From: Eukaryota sp. TZLM1-RC
Lineage: Eukaryota; Protista; Metamonada: BaSk clade
DNA length: 64,000 nucleotides
Direction of reading: 5' to 3'
Assembly (NCBI GenBank): GCA_040285825.1
Contig: JAUPSS010000010.1
Coordinates: 928,881-992,880, forward strand
Positions 1-11,900 of the stretch are shown here, in pieces (within the stretch, counting starts at the first letter, position 1; each line of letters opens with the position of its first letter). The position numbers and the translations under genes are program-made. The notes beneath the pieces were generated by a model. That model made no database searches. It was not told where the DNA came from and worked only from the letters and a program-made list of their open reading frames with translations.

Positions 1-1599
1 AGTTGGTTTATTTGTGATTAATTAGGCTTTTGTGTAGGTATCTCACTGGTATGTCCCTTATCATAGGTTTAAATAAAATTATCTTAACCGGCCATATCAT
101 ATAGGCATACATATCGGCAACATTTGCCAGATAAGTGGGACCATTGTGATACCATAGTATCATTTTTATCTCTTTCATTATCTTTATCGAATTATCCTCC
201 TCAGTTCTTTTTGCATTTATTTTGAGAATACCTGAATTTTTCAAACTCCTTCAAGCTAATTTATGTCATATCAAGAGATATGAGTCATATTTATATCAGG
301 AAATGTCCATAACGTACCGGCAATCAATGAACTTTTTCTTCATTTCATTGACTTTCTATTAGCTATAAATTAGAATTAAACTTTGATAAATGTATTAATA
401 CAAGTTGTTCATTTTTATCAAAAAGCATTACTCAAAATGGTCATCCGCATTTGCGGAGGACCGAACAGTCTCTAAGGAGTACCAATTTCGGTTTACGAGT
501 AGAAACGGCTCAAAATCCATGCAACAGTGAAACGAATTGCCTCTGTATGCACCATGGCAAGATTTTGCGTGATTAAACAACCGTTCCACAATTTTGAAGT
601 GGCTGGAATCCGGGCTCATTCAGGGAAAAATATCACAACGGACCACAAAGTTGAGAGAGAGAGAGTTGAAAAAAAAGAGAGAGTTGATCTACTTGAAGAC
701 TTCACCTTATAATCACATTATAATTTCATTCCACTATTTTGAGTTTCTTCAAAAATGGACAACTCATCAAGAAATTTTCACGGCATTGTTCCTTCAGAAA
801 CGGTTGACATTATGTCAGTGACCTTTTGTTAAAACTTCACAATTGTTTTACAAATATTGAACTTTTTTCAATAAAATTCAATAAAAGAGAGTCCCAAAAT
901 TCACAACTGTTTCCACAACTTTTTAGTTTCACAACGTGTCATTTGCGACCTTTATCCTTAGATCTTCATTTTGAACCGATGACTGGCATATCCCACCATT
1001 GTAAACCCCAGACGATGTGCAATAATAATAATTATAATACCATTTGTTGTTTCAAGAAAGGAAAACCCATTTTACTTGCTCTTAAACTCGTTTACAATTG
1101 ATAAATGATAAGAAATTCTCAGTAAGACTGTTGTGGTCGCTTTTCTTTGGATCTCAATATCTGTTTTCAAGTTGAAATGGACGTTTTTGATGTAGAAAAC
1201 AAGGCTTGTACACCCTCTGGTTGTTAGCTTCCAGCTGATTGTTTCACAACGGAAAATGTAAATGAATCTTTCTGGAGGTTTTGAAGCATCAAGATTGTAA
1301 GTTAATCGAGGTTGTAGCTGTTGGTAAGGAACACCGCTGTATACTTGTTTTGTGTCAAAAGTCACTAGATAGGTAAATGAGAAGGTAGCAAAGATTGATT
1401 TGGATATTGAGAAAGGACAAAAGGCTAAACACTCTACATTCTGCTTTGGATGTGAGTTGATGATGTTACATAATGGTTATTGTGAACCCTTATGGTAATT
1501 CTGAGTTCGTTGAAGTAAGGTAGCCATTGAAGGACCATCGATAATTGATCGACAAAAGAGGTTCGATTGATTCAATATTGAAATTCCGGATATCAATAT

Positions 1600-2430
1600 A
1601 TGCATTATGAATGTATGCTTCCAGTATTTCAGATGAAGAGCTTGGACGAACTACAGATGCTTGCTCAATCCTTATACAAGACAACTCAACAATCTCACGG
1701 TAGTCGTTCGCAATCACCAGATTCGACAACAACCAACGACTCTCCACTGTATGAGACTCCTTCTTTTCCCAAGAAACCACTTATACGAACAAGGCGGTCT
1801 TCGAAATCCCCAATGCGTTCTACCTCTCCGTCCAGAGCTTCTTCTGTTTCCCCGTTACGATCTCCTCCACACTCGACAGATACCCATGAATTGACTCCAA
1901 ATGTTTCTCCATCACTCAAATCCTCTGTAGGAAAAAATACATCAGAAGTATCTCCATCTACTAAGTCAGATCACGAAAGTCCACATAGTCCCTGCTTCAT
2001 CGATCCTTCATCTAGCTTTTCAGTCAATTCTCCCACTCCAGTCGATCAACCCAGTCCAAACTCCAACCCCAACTGTAACTCTAACCCTAACCCTAACCCT
2101 AACCCTGATGTGAATTCTTCACCTTCTGCACACACTGACTCTACATCACCATTAGATGTTCTTTACCGGTGCTTATCTCCTCTATCTAGACACCGTCTCT
2201 CTGCTACTGAGAAGGACCTTACCAAGATTTGTGTTGATGGTGACGACCCCATTGACGTGGTTTCACGGTTATGGAATGAGTTGGAAACGTCAACATTTAG
2301 ACTTTCAAACACTAACCCTAACCCCAACTGTAATCCGAGACCATTACTGACAATGCGGACTAGAATGGATTCTGTCTCGCAGGAAATCCAGACGGAAACC
2401 ATGACGTCATGTGAAGTAAACTTGCTGTGA
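1600..2430 (+). CDS. Ser/Pro/Thr-rich, probably disordered hypothetical protein (276 aa)
   Basis: ATG-initiated ORF, more GC-rich than its flanks, low-complexity S/P/T composition with NPNPNP runs; no recognisable domain. Confidence 0.6.
   Translation: MHYECMLPVFQMKSLDELQMLAQSLYKTTQQSHGSRSQSPDSTTTNDSPLYETPSFPKKPLIRTRRSSKSPMRSTSPSRASSVSPLRSPPHSTDTHELTPNVSPSLKSSVGKNTSEVSPSTKSDHESPHSPCFIDPSSSFSVNSPTPVDQPSPNSNPNCNSNPNPNPNPDVNSSPSAHTDSTSPLDVLYRCLSPLSRHRLSATEKDLTKICVDGDDPIDVVSRLWNELETSTFRLSNTNPNPNCNPRPLLTMRTRMDSVSQEIQTETMTSCEVNLL
2081..2106 (+). repeat. (CTAACC)4 hexamer run (TTAGGG-type telomeric repeat on the minus strand) encoding Asn-Pro repeats
   Basis: ctaaccctaaccctaaccctaaccct read directly; a shorter run occurs near 2312-2324. 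Confidence 0.8.
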
Positions 2431-3370
2431 GGCATTATCATCGGGTGTAGTCGTCAATTACTCTTTTGGTACAACATACACACTTCACTAGTGAACTCTC
2501 TATGTGTAAATCAGATAATAAGTTACCGGTGATTTAAGCATTTTTTGTTAATTTAGCTTGTAAATGTGATTCTTTGGTTTGTTACTTCAAATGGATAAGG
2601 CCATAACTTAAATCTTTGTTTTATTCCTACATTATGAAAACTGTTTCTCTTCTATTCAGAATCTCTCTACTTGGTTGATAACTCTTGTTCAAGTGCTTAA
2701 ATGACTTGGTTTTCTATGCAGCCTTGGTCTTTGGGATTCAGCTCAGTATATGTATTCTAACAATTTTTCTTGCTACTCTATTTGTGCCTCCAACGTTGTT
2801 GTTTTTGACCTTTTCTATCTGGTGTTGATAGAAGTTCACTATCAACCACAGAGGATCTTTATCACCATTAGTTTCCCATTAAAAACATTGTGTCTGTGTG
2901 ATAAAATCATTTTGTTTTTTAGGTGTAAGCACTCATGTCCTTCCGTTACCGCATACGAATTACGTAATAGGTTAATTTGTTGTTGTACATAGATGTTGAA
3001 GGACCTTCTTTATTACCCCTCATAACCCCAATCACTACAACTTCTACCGTCACAAACGTATGAACTTTGATTGTAGGAAATCAAATGATTGCAAGCAAAT
3101 GTTTTCTGAAATTTTTAAAATTTAAATTTTTATTTATTTTCTGAAATTTTGATGAATTGTATTTAGATGTTTGGTTCGTCTTTGGGACATACCATGTACT
3201 TTACTAATAGAAAGTAAGGGTAACTTTATTAGATTTCACTACCCCAAGAAGGTTCATAAATAAACCAATTATAATTGACTATTTGTTGATATCAGGATTG
3301 GTGTCTTGGTTTTTCAATATCTTTTGCTGACTTTTCGATATTTTTTCTTCATGTTTTCAATGTGTTGGTT

Positions 3371-3428
3371 GTAGCTAAACGAGACCTTCCGTTTCTGGAA
3401 AGTATCACGTGATCATTAGCTTAAATCA
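3371..3428 (+). repeat. ~60-bp dispersed repeat with a CACGTG palindrome; inverted partner at 15040-15113
   Basis: tagctaaac...ggaaagtatcacgtgatcattagcttaaat aligns by eye to the reverse complement of 15040-15113. Confidence 0.6.
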
Positions 3429-4359
3429 TAGCTTTAAATTCCGAAATTTTCAAAGGAACGGTAAATTTGAGATTGCCGAGAATTTTCAAATTGAAAATGC
3501 TGGAATGTAGAGCTATGGTTTAAATTGTATTTGTTTTATTTGATTTGTGATTTCTTTTATCATTGGTCATAAACCTCTGTTTTATTGTTTATCCATAGTA
3601 AACGAAATACAAAATATGTATTTGATTTGCTTAGCATTTAAGTCCAGTTAAGAATTTGATTTCCTTCTCAGACTCAGAGTGGCCTTTGCAACACCACAAG
3701 AGCCAATGAGACCAAAATCTGGGTTATCAATCAAATCAGAGTAACTTTATGAGAACCAAAAACATATACATCAGTTCTTCTTCAAGGTTCTTCACAGCAC
3801 AAGATTCTCGCATTTTGTTCCATATTGAAAACCCGTTCTTTTTGAGCATCATGGAATTTAGAACAATTGAAAGCATGGCACAAGATGCTACTAAACACTT
3901 AGATATTCTAAATTCTTGAACAGTTTCTATGTTTGAAATACGTTGGATACATAATTCATTTCCATCATTGCAATTTTTAGCAATCATCAACAACATTTAC
4001 CTTTTCCAATTCTCCTGAAAATTTGTTGGTTTCAAGGATGTTCTTCTAAAAAGAATAGACAAGCTTTTTTGTAAATAGATTGACATCGTTGGTAAAAAAA
4101 GATCAAGAGTTGATTCAGTTTTTCATGTAAAAAATCAGAAAGAGTCCAGTTAGTTCAGATGGAAGCGTATTACTTTACACTGAGCATTATAGACTTCAAT
4201 TCATCTATATAAGCATCATCAGTTTATTGTGTGCATCAAGCGAACCATAATGGTGACAATTATTACATTGATATGGGTAGAGGGACACTTGGTAGGACAA
4301 CCTGTGAAGTAGAAAACCTTGTTGGAGAAGAAACTAGAACAATAATAAAAGATTTTTTA

Positions 4360-4619
4360 AATTGAAATATTTGTTACTAAGGTAAAATTACTCACATTTT
4401 AGGAACAACTTCACCAAATAGTTTATATGAAATTTGCCGATCTTTTAATTATCTGAAATCAATTTTTTTGCCTCTTTGATTGATGCCAATCCTGATCTAA
4501 TTCAAAGTTGTGTGTTTTTATCATTTAATTTTGCTGGTGTTAATTTCACAAAATCGTCTTTTCTCTGTCAAGCTGCTTTCCTTGGTGGTTGGAAAAATTT
4601 TGTTTTTGTATTTTGCAAC
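4360..4619 (+). mobile_element. Decayed CRE-like retrotransposon remnant (family B-like, RT thumb region), interrupted by a family A insertion and resuming at 7537-~7600
   Basis: Translates ...RTTSPN...FAGVNFTKSSFLCQAAFLGGWKNFVF, homologous to family A GGLGWTKASILTSCAFVGGCRNAIF; continues FCNRFPNDVDLLNS after 7537. Confidence 0.65.
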
Positions 4620-7536
4620 TAAGAGTCTAAGGTAGAACCCTTAAATAATGCTCCACAAATTGTTGCAAAACCAGTTTGCAACCGATTAAAGCACACAACT
4701 TGCGACACTTGTGGTATTTCTTTTAGAAAAAATGCAAAAGGAAAAACTTCTGACCGCTGCTTGAAATGCCGCATAGTTGATAACTACCATCCTCCTATAA
4801 GAATACCTCAAGAAATTCATCCGACCAAATGCAATGAATTTGCTTTCGTTTTTCAAAGATTTTTGGATCAATTATGTAAAGGAAAGTATGCTATCAATAT
4901 TATTTGGGAATTTTTTAGTTCTTTTTGTCCTCCTTTTGAACAAAATTTTGTTAATATTTCCGAAGATTTAACTAATATAGCACCGAGAAATCAGTCATCC
5001 GAGAAATTAAGTAAAATTTTTGAAGACAAATGCTTTGACAACAAATGGTCCAAGGCTTTGTCAGCTTTAGGTCCCGGAGTTAAAGCACCGAACAATGAAA
5101 ATACAATAGACAAACTGAAAATACTTCATCCTTATGAAGACCCTATAATGGATCAAAATTTTTACGGCACATATTGGGAAAATTATCCATTGATGCCATC
5201 AGAAGTTTTTTCGGTTATCAAAAAGAGACCTCGTGGTAAGTCTGCCGGACTTTCTGGTATTACTATTGATCATGTAAAAGCCGCGATTATTTCTTCAGAA
5301 GATTGCCTTGGTTTATTGACCAAATTTTTCAACCAAATATTATCTGGTCAACGCAAATACCCAGAAGAATTAAGAAGTTCTCGTTTGACTGCACTTGTCA
5401 AAAATTCAAAAATGGATGTTCGTCCTATTGCAGTCTCTGAGAGCTTACACAATATTTTTTCTGCGTGTTGCTTAAGCAGGTTCAATGAAAAAGCTAAAAA
5501 GATTTTATTACCCTTTCAATATGGTATAAATACTACAGATGGAGTCTCTTCAGCGATTTTTGCTACTGATGTCTTATTTCGTCAAAATGAATCCAATGTT
5601 TGCATGTCATTGGATTTTAGTAATGCTTTCAATTCACTAAGTCGTCGCAGTATCCATGGTGCTCTATTGCAATATATGCCGGAATTAATACCATATTTTC
5701 AATCAACATATTGCACATATTCTAATTTACATTTTGGTAACAACATTTTGAGTTCATCAAGTGGCTTAAAGCAAGGAGATCCGTTAGGACCTCTTTTGTT
5801 TTGTTTGGCCATTCATCCTATTTCAGTGCAAATTCAAGAGATGTTTCCTTCACTAAAAATGATTGCATATATGGATGATGTTGTGCTTATTGGTGATTTA
5901 AATATTGTGAAAAAAGCAACTGTATGTTTTAAAGAATTATTTACCAAAATTGGTCTCCGACTTAATTTACTTAAATGTGTTTTGTTATCGAATTCTCCAG
6001 TTTCCACAATAATTGATGATATTGAAATTCAAGCCAAATTATATTCAATTGATGCTATTCGTCATTTGGGTTCGTTTTTAGGAAATAATGATGAAATTAC
6101 CAAAAAATTGTTTGAAAAGTTGAACTCAATTTCTGACAAAATTGACCGAATGATGAATTTAGATATAAAAAAACACATCAAATTTACCATTATAAGACTG
6201 TGTTTTAGTTCCAATTTTAATCATATATTTCGATCTACAAATCCTCTCGTCACTAGACCTTTGGCTCAAAAGTTTAATGAGTTACGTGCAAAAGTTCTGT
6301 CTCAATTACTGGGATGTAAAATGTTTCAAATTCCAGATCATGCCTACCTTAGTCCACATTATGGTGGTTTAGGGTGGACGAAGGCTTCTATTCTTACCTC
6401 GTGTGCTTTTGTTGGTGGATGCAGAAATGCAATCTTTGAGTTTTCCGAAAGATTTGCAGATTGGGAAGAATTATTGATGACAACGCAAAGTTCCACTGTT
6501 TTTGCATTAAATGAAGAAATTTCAAGAATTGATGTAGAAAAATGGGGTCGATGTTTTCCCCAATCATTCAATGGCAATATTCCAGAAAAAAATGTTTTAA
6601 ATTTGAAGTACACTCTTCGAACATTACAGAAAAGATTGACTGGAATGTATAAAAAGATCTTTATAATAATATTTGCAGCTCGGCTGTTTTAAATCAAGAT
6701 CTTCACTCATTGTTATTGGAAAAGGGTGTTTGTGAAAACCACGAAGATTTGGATTGTGTGCCACTAATGAAGCATTTGTAACAAAAATGAGATTATATTT
6801 GAACATCCCCATTAACCAATTATTATCAAAAGAAAAATGTATTTGTTCGAATTCACCTCAACTCACTTTGCGCCATGCTCTAAATTGCTCTAAATTGATA
6901 ACTTATCGTTCTTCATTACATGATGCTGTTAGAGACACTGTTTTCAATATGGCACAAACTGCAAGGATATCGTGTATCAAAGAGCCCCTGCTGAAGGAAA
7001 CACTTTCTCTGAATAATTTTGGTTCTGATGATAGAGGTGATGTATACTGTGATTGGATTGATAATTCTGAAGCTATTGTTGACTTTGTCTCATGTAATGT
7101 TGCAAACGATACTTTGGTTCACAGAAGAAAACTTAATCCTGTGGCTGCTCTGGATTTTAAAGCAAAAGAAAAACATAGAAAATATGATAAAGAAATTGAA
7201 GATGCAAATGTCGATAGAAATACACAGCTGGTTTTTATTGCTTTCCCATTTTCGATAAATGGAAGATTATCAGTTGAAGCAGAAACTTTTTTGGATGACT
7301 TCCAAAAAATGGTGAAAGAAAAAACAATGAAAAGATTTGATATTTTTTTATGGCGTTCACGAATTCAATTTGCCATTACTAATAGATTACCGCGGTTTTT
7401 CAATCGAATTAGAGAAGCTTTAGCTAGACAGCAAGCAAATCAAGATTTTGTAGAGGAAATCTTGGTTTAATGATAGTCGTCCCATTAGTTATGATTTAAT
7501 TTAATCAAGTGTGCAAATTCAATAAATATGACGTCT
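4620..7536 (+). mobile_element. RLE-type non-LTR retrotransposon, CRE/SLACS-like (family A); longest copy, 5'-truncated and frameshifted
   Basis: Frame open from 4623 with CDTC...CLKC; RT motifs KSAGLSG, RPIAV, QYGI, LDFSNAFNS, KQGDPLGPLLF, AYMDD, RHLGS, GGLG. C-terminus has a CxC..H..C knuckle, HDAVRD, RGD..D, KHRKY and G motifs of a restriction-like endonuclease. 1-nt loss near 6651 and a small deletion near 6740. TSD TATTTTGCAAC at 4609-4619 and 7537-7547. Confidence 0.92.
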
Positions 7537-8910
7537 TATTTTGCAACCGTTTTCCAAATGATGTTGATTTATTGAATTCTGTAGGTTATTATTATTTGAG
7601 AAATTATGACATTGCTCATGGTTGTTTGCCCCCTGGTATTTGGAGTAAGTTATTTCCAGAAAAAATATAGAAAATACTGAATGCATGGTCCTCATTTGTA
7701 TCTATAACTTAATTATTATTTACAGATCACTCCATACGGACTGATGTTTGGGTCATCCATCACATCCTGCTAATCAAACTAGGAGGCATTTTCTATTTTG
7801 AAGCCAATGTGCAACTTTTGCAAGACCTCTAGTTTACTAATAAACGTCTCCAAAAGAAATGGGAAGAAGCAGAGGATCACCGAATAATAAACACACCCAG
7901 TCAAAATAAAAACACAATAAAATGCATTTAATTATGGTGACTACATTTTTCAAAAAACAAAACAACCAAATTAAATACATGTATCAGATATTTAGAAACG
8001 TATCCACGATTTAATTAGATCCGAAGTAAGAAAACGTCAATCTATTAAATATAACATCCCAGTTCAGGGCCTCCCAGTGGCTCTGCAAATGCATTATCCG
8101 CGACGAAAGCGGAAAAATAATTCTAAAAAATTTTAATTAAAAAACTAGGGGGTAATGTATGTATTTCACCAGTGAGTACCTTATTATATGCTGTGTAAGT
8201 TGAAATAAGATTATCTTTATTTTAACCTGCTTTACCTAAACCTTAGACCAACACTTACAGCTAACATGGTTATTGGCAACACTTGGACAAAAAAGATGTC
8301 GAATATTATCTCCAATTTGCAATGACCACAAACAGTGACCAAAGAAAGGGCCCTGTTAAATGACAAAGACTAAATGTAAACTATTTTTACGTCATTATAC
8401 ATGATTGTTTGTTATCCAACATCTGACACTATTAAAAATACAATTACAGCTATATTGGAAGATTTATTCAGGATCTAGGACAGGATCATTCGTCCCTTTT
8501 CAATCTTGAGAAGAACACAAAGGGAGCGTAGGGAGAGTTGATTCAAGTTTTGCTCAAGTTGTTTGATTTGATCTCCTGAGTAGGTGTCACAAAGTCTCTC
8601 AAGATGATGTCAACAATAGTTAAAAATACGGAGGGGAAAACAAAGTAAAGAGAAAAGTATATTGTGAAAAGAGAAAAAATGACAACAAAGAAACAACTAT
8701 CACAACACAAAAATAATCTGCTTTGCATGTACAAACACTCCTGCTTAATTAATTCAATGACTCTGCGCATTGTAATAGCACTCATTATCATTTTTTATCT
8801 GTTGACGAAGCCAGTTTAAGTAGATCAAATAAAACATCGGACGAAAACCAACACCATTGCACTGTTGTTTATTTTGATTTTCAGCAACAAAATCAATTAA
8901 CAAAAACTTG

Positions 8911-11900
8911 TTATTTTTGTTTTGGTTTTTTAATTTGGTTTCGTTTTTGTCTCCAAGAAAAACCGAGCCACACCAAACCACAAAAACGGCGAAACCAAAA
9001 CAAAACAAAACAAATAAACCAAAAAACAAATAACAAAAAAGCCTTTACACCCCTACCAATCTTGGGTAGAATACTATTGGAGCTTGTTGTGCTACCAGAT
9101 AGCCTAGGCACCGCAATACCATCAGGATCACTATTAATTTCCCAATGGCCGAACTTCCTGTAACATTTCGGATTATTTCCATTCTTGCACTTGGAACCAA
9201 ACTTACATTTATAAGGAATAAGAGGTAGTTCACCATGAGAAAACTGGAAGCGATGTCTTGGATCAACGACTTTTGGACAGTTTTCTCCGCGATGACATTC
9301 TTCACGTTCCAGATGGTGAAATAGGGCACAGTGGCTTGCATCGCCCTTATCTCTACACCTACTACCGAAGCGACAAATGTGTGCAAACTTTGAAAGGTGG
9401 GTTTGGCCAGTGAGAGTTTTTGCTTTTGAACCATCGTAGTAGTACTCACAGGTCCAAGGATTGTGGCACAATGATTTACGAACAGTGGATTTACAAGTGT
9501 TTCGTGTTCTGGAATTCCTAGTTGGAGTAGAAACATTCTTCATGGTTTGATCAGCAATGGATTTTGCTGAATGTAAGTGGCACTCGGCAGCATTGACAAA
9601 AACTTCCTTAAATGAAGCATATCCATCTCCATTCAGCTTAAATCCTATATGAACCTCCTTTGATTTGGACATCAATTCAGTATAAACAAATTTCAATGGA
9701 GGGAATTTGAAAGCAGTTTCAGCACCAATTCTTTCGAGCTTAATTTCACCATTATCTCGATTAATAACAAGCCCAAACTTTATATAAAGTTCCTTCATTC
9801 GAGAGGGGAAATACAACCGTTGATTAGCAATTTGTTGACCATCATGAATATTTGTTGAATTATAAACATTGACATTACCTTCATTAAAAGAAAAACACAT
9901 TCCTGAAGCATCAGCAATGATTTGCAAATGAAAATTCGTGGAAGCATTAACTTTAAAGGCAACACGAATAGGATAACCACTGTTGAACACCTCACGCAAC
10001 TGCAAAGACTTACATGAAGGTTGAGGAGTTAACACAAAGCTATAGCCTTTGCTACATTGTTCATCATCTTCCCGATTGGTGGACAAGTGGAAAGCAAGAT
10101 CTAAATACTCCTTAGAGCTTACATCACCGTCACTTAAAACTAAAAAACCAGGTGTCACAGCATTCAAATCATTCAGTCGTTGTTGGGCTACAGCAGAAAG
10201 TTCATTGAACGTTGATTTAGGCATTAGAATATGTCGAACATAGGAAAATGGTATCATTGGAGCTAAATGACATTCAAAAGTGTAGTGACTGTCAACGGAG
10301 AAGATAGTATCAAGGCACATTTGTCGTGTCACACTGGAAACATCAACTCCCTGCTTCTGAGCAACCATTCTGGCTAAATCCCAAGCCAACACTTCAGAGG
10401 CCTTGATACAGCCCATATTTTGAATTAAGGAATAATAAAATCTGACACGTTCGTCAGTATGAGTCTTTGGCGGTAACTTAATGTAACCTCTGAAAACTTT
10501 ATCAAAATTGGCTAGACTATAGTGATATGTTGCTGCAGTAAGGTGAACAAAAGAAGCCGGGTGCTTTGAAAGTTCATCAGAGAAGAATACAGAGATTGGT
10601 CCATATCTGTGACAGGTATTGGGTCCTAGATTGGTAAAGACAGTGTGATCTGTGTTCAACTTTCTATCCTTTTTATAACCAATTCCAACTTCCCTAGAGT
10701 TTGCTTGTTGATTCAGGGTCAGTGCAGCTTGAGCAATATCGGCAGCAAGTTTGTCCAACTCAAGAAAAAGGTCAGTCGAAAGATTCAATAACTTTTTCAT
10801 TTCTTGTTGTGCAGCAACATCGATTTCCTGATCATTAAGCTTCAGAAATTCATTCCTGGCTACTACAGCCATATAGTCTGCAACAGTTGACCGATTGGAA
10901 AACTTATGCAACCTGTGATGATTACGTGCAATGGATTCTATAGCATCTGGATTACTTAGCTTGTTTTTCATAAAATTAAGAGAGTAAAAGTTACCATGGG
11001 CTAATGAAGATAAAAAAGGTTTTAACTTGATTCTATGAGTAGGCTTAAAACCTAAAATAAACTGTGTAAGATCAGCAATGTTGTCAGGAAGAGACTTTGT
11101 TCCAGCAGGAATGACAAATTTTCCAAGTTTAACCGCATTTTCATAAAAATTAATCTCATGACTAGCAGATAATGGAGGCGGACTCATTGCACCGACAATT
11201 TGGAAAATCTTGCTAGAAGGATGAGAAAACTTTTGTAAATGATTTGGATCATGCTGCTTAATGCAAGCAACTCGATGATCACATTCAGCACGAGGGTGGG
11301 GTGCATTGTTGTGTTGATAGAGAGCTAGATGATTGTTATCAGTAGACGAACATTTCTTATCTGCACAGTTCAGACGGTTCAAATGAATGAAATGCTTAAT
11401 ATGGTCTGGGGACTTGTCAGTACAACGAGTACCGTGACGACAAACAAAACGTTCATAGACCATTGGACCTGAACCATCAACAAAAGGATCTTCAGCAAGA
11501 CGTACATGGTTGAAATTATTAACGTGCTCAAGAGTAAGATCAACGCAATTATTGATAGGACATTGGACTTTATCATGGTTATAACTGCAACCTTTCTTTT
11601 TCTTAGGACAATTAGTACCATTGGGACACGATGGACGGTGATAAAACGAGGCACGATGGTTCTGATTGAAATTCTGGCAGTGTGCACCATACCTACATGA
11701 AGGAGCATGTTCATAGAGAGCATCATGTTCCGGATTCATATGATGATGTAAACAATTGGCGTAATGGTTACAAGGCTTGGTATGGAAAAACAATGCTGAA
11801 TGTGATTTTGAAGAACGAAGCCTGCAGTCAGTTCCATTGGGACAGGTGGGGAGATGAACAACATTTTCGGCATGTTTCTTGTCTTTCAAATTTGTGCATT

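Noticed and set aside
8-1500. Short ORFs at the window start (8-244, 527-821, 1072-1365)
   Set aside because: No recognisable motifs and interrupted by stops; may be decayed genes but cannot be assigned.
3600-4020. Possible highly decayed RLE C-terminus on the minus strand (CxxC-like, RRTDVY)
   Set aside because: Too degenerate; key His/Cys and K..KY motifs could not be recovered confidently.
8060-8120. HDV-like or hammerhead ribozyme (GCC-TCCCAGT-GGC resembles P3/L3; GACGAAA present)
   Set aside because: Could not find P1/P2/P1.1 pairings or a CTGANGA core.
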